45,458 bases of DNA from Fibrobacteria bacterium (GCA_037447435.1 JBBIGR010000019.1:1-45458), one strand, 5' to 3'. Shown: positions 8,732 through 18,154, numbered from the stretch's first letter. The notes: generated by a model not told the origin, from the sequence alone. Numbers and translations: made by a program.

Positions 8732-10537
8732 TTATCTGGAAGTATTGAATGAAAAACGTAACCAAATACGGTGCTGGGAAAGGTCTATCTTCGTATCGGT
8801 TATCAGAGGCTGGCTAAATTGATAATTATATAAATAATCAAGGGTAACCGAGCCTGTTATACGCCATGAAACGAGCGTATTAACGCGATAATCAGGACGA
8901 ACGGTATGTTCCTGTATTATAGTGGTAATAGGTAAACGGACTATGACTTCTCCTTCTGCCGTTACCCACCGTCCAAGTCTAATTGTTGCGTCAATTGATG
9001 TTTCCGGCCCATATGACACAAGAGGGGCATTGTTTAAAATCTGAATAATTTTAAAATTGGCTTTGTAATTGTTCAGCAAGGTATCGAGAGCCGCCGAATC
9101 GAGCAAAGATTTTATCCGGGTTTCATCTGTTTTTATTCCAAGAGTATCTTGGGTAATGTCTTGGTTTTGATCCCATGCGTTTCTTTGGGAATAGCCAAAA
9201 CCGATTTTAAATTTTGTGGTAAAATCTTCGGACGTTATTGCATCCATATTTGCTCCAAGTCCCAGGTCGATACTAAGCGGAGAAAAAGAAGGTTTCAATC
9301 TTCGCGATTTGGAAACGGTGTCTATTTCCGAAATAGAGGAGTCGGGTCGTGTTATAATGAACAAATGCTTCTGAGATGATTCCTCGAATCTGTCGTATAC
9401 GGGGAAAAAGCTCGTTTCAAATTGCATTCGTCCATAGGGGCCGAGCCAATGCATAAAACGCCAAACATATAAAGAATATATCCTGAAGTCGTCGGAAGTA
9501 TTATTGATTTCTGTAATGTTAAGACCCGAAAAATTCAATTCTTCGTCGAAAAAGAATTTCGTATCCCATTCGCCTTTGCCTTTTGTATGATTGACCCTCA
9601 GATTGGTAAGAAAAACGATTGCGGAATTATTGGTGTCGTTGCTCGTATTGAAGAGAAAGCTGCCTCCGCAATCAAGCCCGTATTTCCAGTCGGAGGTGAT
9701 TTTTCTCGAAGCTTCGGACGTTGTTGTGACACCGCCGCTCAGAATTTTGCCCGATACTGAATCCTGGACAATAGTAAAATGCACCAATTCGCCGGGCAAA
9801 AGCCTTGCAGTAACATAACTGTTTACCGTGTTGTAATTGAGGCCCACACCGAAAATCTTATACAGACCCGGTTTCACGATCCAGGTTTTGATCCGTTCGC
9901 CTTGCGAAGGGTCGCGGCCATAGGTCCGACCATACGGTTCGAATTCGTCGATACGCGCCATTTCATACGAACCGCGGAACGGGATGTTGCTTTCATTGAC
10001 AATGTCGATCGCCAGACCTGCCCAGGTCGGATACAACGGGATTACTTTTCCTTCGTCAATGGATACCCATTTGGTAATGCGTTGATTCGCCGAACCGTTG
10101 CCGAGCATGACGCTGTAGGTACCGGGAATAAGGAAAAACTTTTTTCCCGGTTTTCCCGAAACGATCACTTTCCCGGTCGAGTCGGCTATCGAAACGTCTG
10201 GTTCCGCAGCAGGGTCGGAAAGTCTTGGAACGAAAACCGCACCCTTGCCGAGCGGAATCGGGGTTTCGTCTTCGTCAAGTTGCTGCGATACCGGCGGCGC
10301 GTCCCAGGTTTTAGCCGCCTCGCTGTACCATTCGGGTGCGAACGGCGACATCGCCGGTGCGCGATGGGAAGCCGTGTCGCGCCGGACGCTAGAGCTTACA
10401 TCACCGGTAATTTCCTGTCCGGGCAATTGCGGCGGCAGTTCGGCGAAGGCATTGCTAAAAAGCAATGCCGCAACGGAAGCGACAATGACAAAGACCGCAT
10501 CACGGCGAATAGGAATCGATTTCAATCGGTTTTTCAT
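8732..10537 (-). CDS. Secreted ~600-aa protein: N-terminal PEGA/carboxypeptidase-regulatory-like beta domains plus a probable C-terminal outer-membrane beta-barrel
   Basis: Signal peptide ending AFA; LIPGTYSV and VKPGLYKI motifs typical of small beta-sandwich repeats; C-terminal ~320 aa of amphipathic strands ending HRIWLRFSF. Start ATG 10537 (ORF track: TTG 10552). Confidence 0.7.
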   Translation of the reverse strand: MKNRLKSIPIRRDAVFVIVASVAALLFSNAFAELPPQLPGQEITGDVSSSVRRDTASHRAPAMSPFAPEWYSEAAKTWDAPPVSQQLDEDETPIPLGKGAVFVPRLSDPAAEPDVSIADSTGKVIVSGKPGKKFFLIPGTYSVMLGNGSANQRITKWVSIDEGKVIPLYPTWAGLAIDIVNESNIPFRGSYEMARIDEFEPYGRTYGRDPSQGERIKTWIVKPGLYKIFGVGLNYNTVNSYVTARLLPGELVHFTIVQDSVSGKILSGGVTTTSEASRKITSDWKYGLDCGGSFLFNTSNDTNNSAIVFLTNLRVNHTKGKGEWDTKFFFDEELNFSGLNITEINNTSDDFRIYSLYVWRFMHWLGPYGRMQFETSFFPVYDRFEESSQKHLFIITRPDSSISEIDTVSKSRRLKPSFSPLSIDLGLGANMDAITSEDFTTKFKIGFGYSQRNAWDQNQDITQDTLGIKTDETRIKSLLDSAALDTLLNNYKANFKIIQILNNAPLVSYGPETSIDATIRLGRWVTAEGEVIVRLPITTIIQEHTVRPDYRVNTLVSWRITGSVTLDYLYNYQFSQPLITDTKIDLSQHRIWLRFSFNTSR

Positions 10538-10557
10538 ACAATTTCCCGGCAAAGCCG

Positions 10558-11202
10558 CTATTTCGGCGGCTGCGTCTTGTTTTCTTCCTTCGAAAAAACA
10601 ACATCCAAGTCTTTGGCAACTTGGCCCATAATGAACTCGATAATGGTCGACATTTCCCGTACGACGTTATCGGGACTGTATTCGAAAACACGTTTTCTGT
10701 TGTCAAACACCCGAGAATACACGACGGAACCGTCCGCGGCACGCGACATCGTGAAGCGAATTGCTATATGGGCAAACCATAACTGGTCACTGTCGTATTC
10801 TTCAATTGCCTCAATAAGGCCTGAAAGTTCGAAATCCGGCTTTTGCCCTTCGTCGTATCGACGAACGATGGAGCTGACCAGATTAATTGAAGATAGATGC
10901 TTAATGATCAGGTCGGTAACCATACGGCTGGGCTTGACTGCCCAGAGCCGGTAAAAGTAATACCGCAATTCGAAGGGACTCTGACGATATACGATCGATT
11001 GCCGGCTGTAGGCATCTTCAATGTCAAGTTCTTTTACCCGGACGGTGAAGGGATATGGTGTTTTTTGCAGCCGGTTTTCCGGCGGAGCAGGGACATAATT
11101 TAGCACATAATATTGTTTAATGGGGACAGTCCCGCACGATAGAATAAAGCAGATAAGGCAGGCTGCAGTTATGGATACGACGCAACGCAATGGTTTGCGC
11201 AT
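10558..11202 (-). CDS. PqiC-like ABC-type transport auxiliary lipoprotein
   Basis: Lipobox ILSC, YYVL motif, IVYR...YYFYRLWAVKP; directly downstream of an MCE gene. Confidence 0.88.
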   Translation of the reverse strand: MRKPLRCVVSITAACLICFILSCGTVPIKQYYVLNYVPAPPENRLQKTPYPFTVRVKELDIEDAYSRQSIVYRQSPFELRYYFYRLWAVKPSRMVTDLIIKHLSSINLVSSIVRRYDEGQKPDFELSGLIEAIEEYDSDQLWFAHIAIRFTMSRAADGSVVYSRVFDNRKRVFEYSPDNVVREMSTIIEFIMGQVAKDLDVVFSKEENKTQPPK

Positions 11203-11203
11203 G

Positions 11204-12130
11204 TTATTTGTCCCTTTCTTTCTGCGGATCGCCTTTTAAAATGAGGGAGGGATTTTCCGACAAAACGGAAATAAGTTGATTGGCGTTTTCAAGGGCTTCA
11301 CGCAAATTTTGCATGGAAACCGAAACGTCTTCCCTGCTTTGCCGCACCATTAAGAGCAAAGTTTCCGATAATGTTTTTATTGAAATTGCCGTGGAGTCGG
11401 CACGGGCGATAATGCGGCCGACTTGATCGTTACCTAAACTTTTACTGAGTGAAGCGGATGTGACGTGAATGTCGGAAGCAATGCTGTCTATTTTATGGAT
11501 TATCTTTTTCGATGATTGGGCCATTTCTTTGAAATCGGGCCCTACTTCCGAAAAGTTTGCAAAAAACGTGCGAGCGTCGGTGGTAATGACCGTTAGATTT
11601 TCCAAAACCTTTTTTATCGAAGCGTCGCTTTGCGGTGCGGTAATGTCGTTAAGCTGGTTTAATAAAAGCTCGACTTTACTTACAATAACATCCACCTTTC
11701 CGGTCAGGGTCGCCATGACCGAAACGCGGGTCGGGATTTCGGAATGGTCGGCCAAAAGCGGCGAATTATTGCTGCCGCCCAAAATATCGAGAAAATTGAG
11801 GCCGGTTATTCCCATTGCCCACGTCTGGGCATACATGTCTTTTTTCATGGGGAATTTATTTTGGATTTTCAACACGACCTTGATTCGTGAGAGATCGCGT
11901 TCGTCCCAGGCGATTGCCGCGACTTTGCCTATGGGGACGCCGTGATATTTGACCGGAGAGCCTTGCTCGAGGCCCGACATGGATTCTCCGCTAAAATAGG
12001 CGTAATACGTTTTTTCCTTTGTTGTAAAGCGCAGTCCGAGCGGAATCGTAATGAGCAAGAATAGCGCCACCAGGCCGCACACTATGAAAACGCCGAGGCG
12101 CGCCCGCTGTGATTGGGAAATAGTACTCAT
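11204..12130 (-). CDS. MCE/MlaD family protein with a long helical C-terminus
   Basis: N-terminal TM helix; GLEQGSPVKYHGVPIGKV MCE signature; MGITG; long coiled-coil region ending ENPSLIL. Confidence 0.93.
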   Translation of the reverse strand: MSTISQSQRARLGVFIVCGLVALFLLITIPLGLRFTTKEKTYYAYFSGESMSGLEQGSPVKYHGVPIGKVAAIAWDERDLSRIKVVLKIQNKFPMKKDMYAQTWAMGITGLNFLDILGGSNNSPLLADHSEIPTRVSVMATLTGKVDVIVSKVELLLNQLNDITAPQSDASIKKVLENLTVITTDARTFFANFSEVGPDFKEMAQSSKKIIHKIDSIASDIHVTSASLSKSLGNDQVGRIIARADSTAISIKTLSETLLLMVRQSREDVSVSMQNLREALENANQLISVLSENPSLILKGDPQKERDK

Positions 12131-12933
12131 TGCCTGGTCTCCATATCGAAGAGTGCGGATGCATTCATGCCGCTTACGGTCGAGACGCGGAAAATCCGCT
12201 GGAAAAAATCGTTCATGGGGCCGCTTTGCGCATTTTCGGCACCCGAAAGTTTGCCTTCATACAATACGCTGCCGGAATATAAAAATACAACATTGTCGGC
12301 AATGAGTTTTATCGAAGCGAGTTCATGCGTTACGACCACGATGGTAATCGACAATTGTTTCCGTAATGTTAAGAGCAAATCATCAAGGCCTGCGGCGGTC
12401 ACGGGGTCAAGCCCTGCCGACGGCTCGTCGCAAAATAAAAGGGGCGGATCAAGCGCCAGCGCGCGGGCCAATGCCGCACGTTTGCGCATACCGCCCGACA
12501 ATTCCTGCGGCAACATGTCTTTTGCGTGAAGCATCCCGACCTGCGACAATTTGAATTCAACGATTTCTTCTATTATCTTTGCGTCAAGAATCGTGTGCAT
12601 TTCAAGCGGCAAGCCGACATTCTGGGCAACCGTGATGGAACCGAGCAAAGCACCGTTTTGGAACAAAATCCCCACTTTTTTCAGCAAATCCATGCTTTGC
12701 GGGGAATCAAGTTCGCCAAGGGTTTGACCGAAAAGCGAAACGCTTCCCGAAACAGGGGACAAAAGCCCGACCATTGTTTTAAGCAACGTCGTTTTCCCGC
12801 AACCCGACGGTCCGAGAATCACCCTGATTTCGGCGGGGTCGACGTTTAAACTGACGTTGTCAAGTACTAAACGGTCCGCATAGCGTACGCAAACGTCGTG
12901 TACCGATAAAATGGGCGAAGTGGTTGTGTTCAT
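12127..12933 (-). CDS. mlaF: MlaF/Mkl-type ABC transporter ATPase
   Basis: GPSGCGKT, LFQNGALL, LSGGMRKRAALARAL, CDEPSAGLDP, VTHE. Confidence 0.92.
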   Translation of the reverse strand: MNTTTSPILSVHDVCVRYADRLVLDNVSLNVDPAEIRVILGPSGCGKTTLLKTMVGLLSPVSGSVSLFGQTLGELDSPQSMDLLKKVGILFQNGALLGSITVAQNVGLPLEMHTILDAKIIEEIVEFKLSQVGMLHAKDMLPQELSGGMRKRAALARALALDPPLLFCDEPSAGLDPVTAAGLDDLLLTLRKQLSITIVVVTHELASIKLIADNVVFLYSGSVLYEGKLSGAENAQSGPMNDFFQRIFRVSTVSGMNASALFDMETRQ

Positions 12934-12987
12934 GATTTAAAGTATACTACACTCGATTCGCGCTGTGCAATACCTTATGCTGCAATT

Positions 12988-14046
12988 CTAAAAGACAAAA
13001 GAGAAAACTGCGTCGGCGCAGATGATGATGAAGATCCCGTTCACGACGCTTAAAGTAGTTTCTTTCCCTACCGCTTCGGCGCCGCCGTGTACCCTGAATC
13101 CGTGGAAAGAACCTATCCAGACGATAAGCCATGAAAAAACCATGGATTTGACCACGTTTGCAAGTACGTCGTGAACATAAATACTCTTGATGATTTCACC
13201 AATCATAAGGTTTATGGATATGTCAAGGTATAACACGGCTACCAGAAATCCCGCTAAAACCCCGACCAGCGAAGCGATCAGCGAAAGTATCGGCATTGTA
13301 ATCGACAATGCGAAAAGCTTGGGTACCGCGACGAATTGCAATGGATTGATGCCCATTGTCCGAAGCGCGTCAATTTCCTCGCCAACGACCATGGTGGCGA
13401 TTTCCGCGGTAATTGCACTGCCGCTTCTCCCGGTAAGGATTATTGCGGCAAGTAATGGCCCCAGTTCCTTGATCATTGAAATGGTGATCATGGGGGCAAG
13501 AAAAATACCGGCTCCGAATTTTTCCAATTGTAAAGCTGCTTGGAGGGCAAGGACCATACCGATTAAAAACGAAAGCAGCGCAACAATGCCAAATGCTTTG
13601 TACCCCATTAAAAACATCTGTTGTTCGAAAACGCCTTTTCTAAAGTCCCTGCGTTTAAAAAGGCCTAAAGAAGCCCAATATAAAAGTTCGGCAAGCATAG
13701 AAATGCCTAGTTCGGCTTTTTGTTTGCCCCCCATCAGCGCGGTACCGGTTCTGGCAAAAAGGCTTTCTTTTTTTTGGGGACCGATAAGTTTTCTTTCGCC
13801 GATTCGAATGTTTTCGAGGGTGTTTTTTAGTTGGGGGGAAATGTTCTTTAAAACAAGCTTTTTACCGATGTCAAAACGTTGCTTTCCTAAAAAAAGCAAA
13901 AGCGCTGTTCCGGCTGAATCAAGGGAAACGGTTTTAGAAAAGTCCAAACAGGGGAATTCGGAAGGATTCATTTTCAAAAAAGGCAAAGCCTCTTTTTCAA
14001 TCCAACCTTTGGTAACATGACTGGGCATTTCAAAGCATGTATTCAT
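12988..14046 (-). CDS. mlaE: MlaE family ABC permease with a fused N-terminal STAS (MlaB-like) domain
   Basis: LDFSKTVSLDSAG STAS motif; ELGPLLAAIILTGRSGSAITAEIATM, EEIDALRTMG, GGAEAVGKETT. Confidence 0.93.
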   Translation of the reverse strand: MNTCFEMPSHVTKGWIEKEALPFLKMNPSEFPCLDFSKTVSLDSAGTALLLFLGKQRFDIGKKLVLKNISPQLKNTLENIRIGERKLIGPQKKESLFARTGTALMGGKQKAELGISMLAELLYWASLGLFKRRDFRKGVFEQQMFLMGYKAFGIVALLSFLIGMVLALQAALQLEKFGAGIFLAPMITISMIKELGPLLAAIILTGRSGSAITAEIATMVVGEEIDALRTMGINPLQFVAVPKLFALSITMPILSLIASLVGVLAGFLVAVLYLDISINLMIGEIIKSIYVHDVLANVVKSMVFSWLIVWIGSFHGFRVHGGAEAVGKETTLSVVNGIFIIICADAVFSFVF

Positions 14047-14064
14047 AATATAGCTTTCTTTGCC

Positions 14065-14093
14065 AGTGTACCCTCATTTCGCAGCAAAGTCAA
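14065..14093 (-). promoter_or_regulatory. sigma70-type promoter of the MCE operon
   Basis: Minus strand TTGACT (14093-14088), 17-bp spacer, TACACT (14070-14065); 18 bp upstream of the mlaE ATG. Confidence 0.7.
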
Positions 14094-14322
14094 TACTACG
14101 GGGATGGCTGCGGTAATAAAAGTCTTTTTCAAAAGGGTTTCGGCACAAGACCTTTACGAAAGGGCAGTATTTTAAGTCAAGTAAAACTGCCCGTGATGGC
14201 CGTTTAGTACATTGCTGTATGGGAACAATAAAAATATTGTATCTGTATGAAATATAATTAGTTATGAAATCGGTTGGTTAAAAAAAATGGCTTCACATCG
14301 TGAAAATAGTACAAGAATGTTA

Positions 14323-14351
14323 TTGCGTTTTTTCCCCTTTTCCCCTATATT
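14323..14351 (+). promoter_or_regulatory. sigma70-type promoter of the zinc-finger gene
   Basis: TTGCGT (14323-14328), 17-bp spacer, TATATT (14346-14351). Confidence 0.55.
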
Positions 14352-14440
14352 TGATACAATTCTACTATGCAAAATAACCCACTAAATAAATCGTAATCAG
14401 ACAACAAGTCCCAACTTAACTGAAAGGACAAGTCAAGTCT

Positions 14441-14902
14441 ATGCAGTTACCTAAGTCCAGACGGCGCCAGAAACTGCGTGAAAAGAAATGCCAGTATCCG
14501 GGATGCGGAAAAATCTTTTTTGGTATCCACATTTCAAAATATTGCCCGGAACACAGGCAAGACCGGTATCGGATCCGTAAACGGACTAAGCCAGAAGATG
14601 TCAATATCAAGAATCAGACGTTCAAGCATAATTACACCGAAGTAATTACGATGGTGCTTAATTGCGCTCTTGAAGGATGCGATCATCAATTTGAAGTAAA
14701 GATCTATCCGCGTCAGTATATTTACCCCAAATACTGTCCCGAACATCGTAATGAGTATAAAAGAATACGTCATTTGCGGCAAATCGGCAGGGAAGATCTT
14801 ATCGAACAAATGATCAAGGAAAGCGAAACAATGGAGATTGAACCGAACGTACTCCATGATGACGAGGAGGATGGACCCGAAGTAATGGAAGATGTCGCCT
14901 AA
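14441..14902 (+). CDS. Hypothetical protein with two C-x4-C...KYCPEHR putative zinc fingers
   Basis: CQYPGC-x12-CPEH and CALEGC-x18-CPEH; basic N-terminus and acidic C-terminus; AAGGA SD, own promoter and terminator. Confidence 0.85.
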   Translation: MQLPKSRRRQKLREKKCQYPGCGKIFFGIHISKYCPEHRQDRYRIRKRTKPEDVNIKNQTFKHNYTEVITMVLNCALEGCDHQFEVKIYPRQYIYPKYCPEHRNEYKRIRHLRQIGREDLIEQMIKESETMEIEPNVLHDDEEDGPEVMEDVA

Positions 14903-14936
14903 TCCATAGGCTCTATTCCGCTTTTTTCACTGATTT

Positions 14937-14972
14937 AAACAGGGTTTCTAAACTGGAACCCTGTTTTTTTTT
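14937..14972 (+). terminator. Rho-independent terminator
   Basis: AAACAGGGTT...AACCCTGTTT stem followed by a T-run. Confidence 0.85.
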
Positions 14973-15070
14973 ATGCTTCATCTCTTGCATCATTTCTTAA
15001 TTATTTTAATGCCTCTTTAAAAACCCTTTCTTTTAAAAAACAAATCCGCATCAATGCCAATAAGGGAGTC

Positions 15071-17104
15071 ATGTCTAAATTTCTTTCAGGTTTAAATCCA
15101 AGCCAGCAAAAGGTCGTTTCCCATAATTATGGTCCGTTGCTTGTACTCGCAGGTGCGGGAAGCGGAAAAACTAAAGTGCTTACAAACCGCATCGCTCGTC
15201 TGGTACACGACAAAATTTGCAAACCCTCACAAATCCTTGCAGTCACTTTTACCAATAAAGCCAGTGCAGAAATGCAGGAGCGGATAGCCAAAATGGCTAC
15301 TCGTTGTGCCGCTAAATCCATGACGGTTTGTACATTTCATAGCCTTGGGGCAAAAATTTTGCGCGAATACGGTACTGCCATCGGCATCTCAAAGAATTTT
15401 ACCATTCTCGACGAGCATCAACGCAATGCAATGATTAAAGAAGTGGTCAGAAATGCGGGAAGCGTTAAACTTGTTGAAAAGCACGAGGAATTCGGGTGGG
15501 CCATAAGCATGGCAAAAAATACGTCGGCCGATCCCGATCAATATGAAATAGACAATCCTGCAACACCTCGTTTTAAGCGTATTTACGACGCGTATCGTTT
15601 ACAATCAATTAAGCGCCAAACAATAGATTTTGACGATTTGCTTCTTTTACCGCTGCAGCTTTTTGAAAACCACGCCGATGTTTTGCAGAAATTCCGGGAC
15701 AAATTTTCTTTTATTTCCATAGACGAATTTCAAGACACCAACAGCGTTCAGTTAAAGATAGCCAAGCTCATTGCCAGCCCACATAATAATATCATGGCCG
15801 TGGGAGACGACGACCAGGGCATTTATTCATGGCGGGGAGCGGACATAGAAAACATCATTTCTTTCCCTTCGTTTTTCCCAAACACCACGACCGTTATCCT
15901 TGATACAAATTATCGTTCGACAAGGTCAATCGTCGAGGCCGCATTGGCCGTGGTGGGAAGAAACCGCAAACGAACAATAAAAAAAATCAACGCCGCAGCG
16001 GGGGAGGGCGAACTCATTACTCTGTATAAAGGAGAAGATGAGCTTGGCGAAGCGGAATGGATTGCACAAACCATAAAAGACAATGTCGCGAGCAACCGGT
16101 TTACGTATAAAGGTCATTGCCTTCTGTTTCGCGCCAATGCCATGATCCGGCGATTTGAGGAAGAGTTACGCCGCGCGAAAATTCCGTATAAGGTTTTCGG
16201 GGCGATGAGCTTTTTCGATTCCAAGGAAATTAAGGATATTCTGGCCTATTTGCGTTTTTTCGCAAACCAAGCCGACGAAATCAGTTTGCAAAGAATACTT
16301 AAAGTTCCCGACAGAGGCATCGCGCCATCGACCCTCGAACGATTGGAAGAGCTTGCGGGACTTCGGCGAATCGGGCTTTTTGAAGCCATGAAACACCATT
16401 TGGACGTCGATATGCAGGATATACAACACGTCCATTGCCAGGAAGTCTGCGATTTTGTCATAAAATATTCCAATTTGTTTGCAACCGGAAAACTTACCGA
16501 AACCATGCGCGCCATACTTTCCGAATGCGATTACCTCCATTTGCTCGAACGCGCCAGCAAAACCGAAGACGGCGCAACCATGCGGCGCGAAAACGTCGAG
16601 GATCTTTTACGGGGTCTGGAGCAATACGAAGTGAAAAATGCCAAAACAACGCCGACCCTTGTTGATTTTTTACAGGAGTTATCTCTTGTTAAGAACGACG
16701 AAGCCGAAGAAGAGGCAAAAGAATACGGCGTGCGTCTCATGACAATGCATAAGGCAAAGGGCCTGGAATTCGACGCGGTATTCATGGGTAATATGGACGA
16801 CACGGTCATGCCGTCGCCAAAAACCGTGGCGGAAGGCCATATAGAAGAGGAGCGCAGGTTGTTTTACGTGGGAATGACCCGAGCCAAGAAACACCTGTAT
16901 ATCACTTATCCGGGAAACAAGGAGTTCCGGAAAAAAATAATCCCCGTGACGCCGACAAGATTTATAAATGAGATTCCAAAGGAATTTCTTGATGCGGAAT
17001 TTACGGAGTTGCAGGAAACGCAAAAGCAGGAATTCATGGACAATTTCTTTACAGAAATGCAAAAACGTCTCGCGGCACAAACAAATATTCCAAAGGAACT
17101 GTAA
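15071..17104 (+). CDS. UvrD/Rep/PcrA family SF1A DNA helicase
   Basis: AGAGSGKT, DEFQD, VGDDDQGIYSWRGA, NYRS, TMHKAKGLEF, EEERRLFYVGMTRA. 677 aa with no obvious C-terminal Tudor-like domain. Confidence 0.95.
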   Translation: MSKFLSGLNPSQQKVVSHNYGPLLVLAGAGSGKTKVLTNRIARLVHDKICKPSQILAVTFTNKASAEMQERIAKMATRCAAKSMTVCTFHSLGAKILREYGTAIGISKNFTILDEHQRNAMIKEVVRNAGSVKLVEKHEEFGWAISMAKNTSADPDQYEIDNPATPRFKRIYDAYRLQSIKRQTIDFDDLLLLPLQLFENHADVLQKFRDKFSFISIDEFQDTNSVQLKIAKLIASPHNNIMAVGDDDQGIYSWRGADIENIISFPSFFPNTTTVILDTNYRSTRSIVEAALAVVGRNRKRTIKKINAAAGEGELITLYKGEDELGEAEWIAQTIKDNVASNRFTYKGHCLLFRANAMIRRFEEELRRAKIPYKVFGAMSFFDSKEIKDILAYLRFFANQADEISLQRILKVPDRGIAPSTLERLEELAGLRRIGLFEAMKHHLDVDMQDIQHVHCQEVCDFVIKYSNLFATGKLTETMRAILSECDYLHLLERASKTEDGATMRRENVEDLLRGLEQYEVKNAKTTPTLVDFLQELSLVKNDEAEEEAKEYGVRLMTMHKAKGLEFDAVFMGNMDDTVMPSPKTVAEGHIEEERRLFYVGMTRAKKHLYITYPGNKEFRKKIIPVTPTRFINEIPKEFLDAEFTELQETQKQEFMDNFFTEMQKRLAAQTNIPKEL

Positions 17105-17106
17105 AA

Positions 17107-17136
17107 AAAGCGCTCCGTATCGCTACGGCGCGCTTT
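17107..17136. terminator. Hairpin directly after the helicase stop; probable terminator
   Basis: AAAGCGC-T-CCGTA-TCGC-TACGG-C-GCGCTTT. Confidence 0.55.
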
Positions 17137-17348
17137 AAATCGGAAACAACCGATGGGCCCTCTCCTCAAACCGCACTGGATGTTTCCTGGTAAACAGAAT
17201 CTTCTTACAAATAGTATACCACTTTTTTTCCTGGACGTCAAATAAATACATAAAGTAAAACGCTAAAAGCAAGGATTTTGTTCCGGAATGTATTTTTTAT
17301 TGTAGTACAAAACCGCGGGAAAATAATTTTAAAAGCGTTATAACCCAG

Positions 17349-17370
17349 GTGTAATCAAAGTGTAATCAAA
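17349..17370 (+). repeat. Perfect 11-bp tandem repeat GTGTAATCAAA x2 upstream of the YceH-like gene; candidate OmpR/PhoB-type operator
   Basis: Copies at 17349-17359 and 17360-17370; degenerate third unit TTATAACCCAG at 17338-17348. Confidence 0.6.
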
Positions 17371-17396
17371 TAAATAAAATCGGAGGAAAAATACGT

Positions 17397-18149
17397 ATGG
17401 ATATTATATGCAGTCCGATTGAAATTCGCGTGCTGGGGGCGCTGGTTGAAAAAGAATTAACCACACCCGAATATTATCCGCTTTCGCTCAATAGCCTTGT
17501 TGCCGCATGCAATCAGAAATCAAATAGGGATCCCGTAATGGAATGTACGGAAGACGATGTCGTATTGGCGATAGAATCGCTTCGGGGTAAAAATCTTGCT
17601 TGGCAATTAAATACCGCAGGTGGAAGAGTAGCAAAATTCGAGCATAACCTTCCGGCCCGGCTTAAAATTCTCGTCGCCGACCAACTGACGGAACAGGAAA
17701 ACAACTCCGACGCCGAGTCGGTAAGCCCAAAGAACACGGAATTTAATTTGCTGAAACGGGAGATTGCGGTTTTGTGCGTGCTTATGCTGCGAGGGCCACT
17801 TACCATTGGAGAAATCCGCGGTTGCACCGGTCGCATGTATGAGTTTAAGGACCTTTCCGAAGTCGAGGAGTCGCTGCAAAAACTGGGTTCCGTTTCGGGA
17901 GGCGGTTTCGTTGTTAAGCTAGATCGGGAACCGGGAAGAAAAGAAAGCAGGTACCATCATTGCTTTTGCGGAATACCGCAACAAAAAAAACCCGCATTTG
18001 AAACCGCTGTTCCTTCGCAAGCTCTAATCGCCGCACCGGGCACCAGTGCCGATAGAATTCTGAAATTGGAGCAAACGGTCGCCGAATTGAAAGAAGCTTT
18101 AACAAGCGTTAAAAAAGACCTGGAAGATTTCAAGAAGAAGTTTGAATGA
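17397..18149 (+). CDS. YceH family protein (DUF480)
   Basis: EIRVLGALVEKELTTPEYYPLSLNSLVAACNQKSNRDPVM, LMLRGP, REPGRKESRY; C-terminal coiled coil; GGAGG SD. Confidence 0.93.
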   Translation: MDIICSPIEIRVLGALVEKELTTPEYYPLSLNSLVAACNQKSNRDPVMECTEDDVVLAIESLRGKNLAWQLNTAGGRVAKFEHNLPARLKILVADQLTEQENNSDAESVSPKNTEFNLLKREIAVLCVLMLRGPLTIGEIRGCTGRMYEFKDLSEVEESLQKLGSVSGGGFVVKLDREPGRKESRYHHCFCGIPQQKKPAFETAVPSQALIAAPGTSADRILKLEQTVAELKEALTSVKKDLEDFKKKFE

Positions 18150-18154
18150 AAAAA

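Noticed and set aside
9779..10954. 391-aa plus-strand ORF
   Set aside because: Antisense to two well-supported genes of the MCE operon.
14100..14205. c-di-GMP-I riboswitch
   Set aside because: There is a GAAA-containing hairpin, but the GGCAAAC and GACGCAAAG core elements are absent on both strands.
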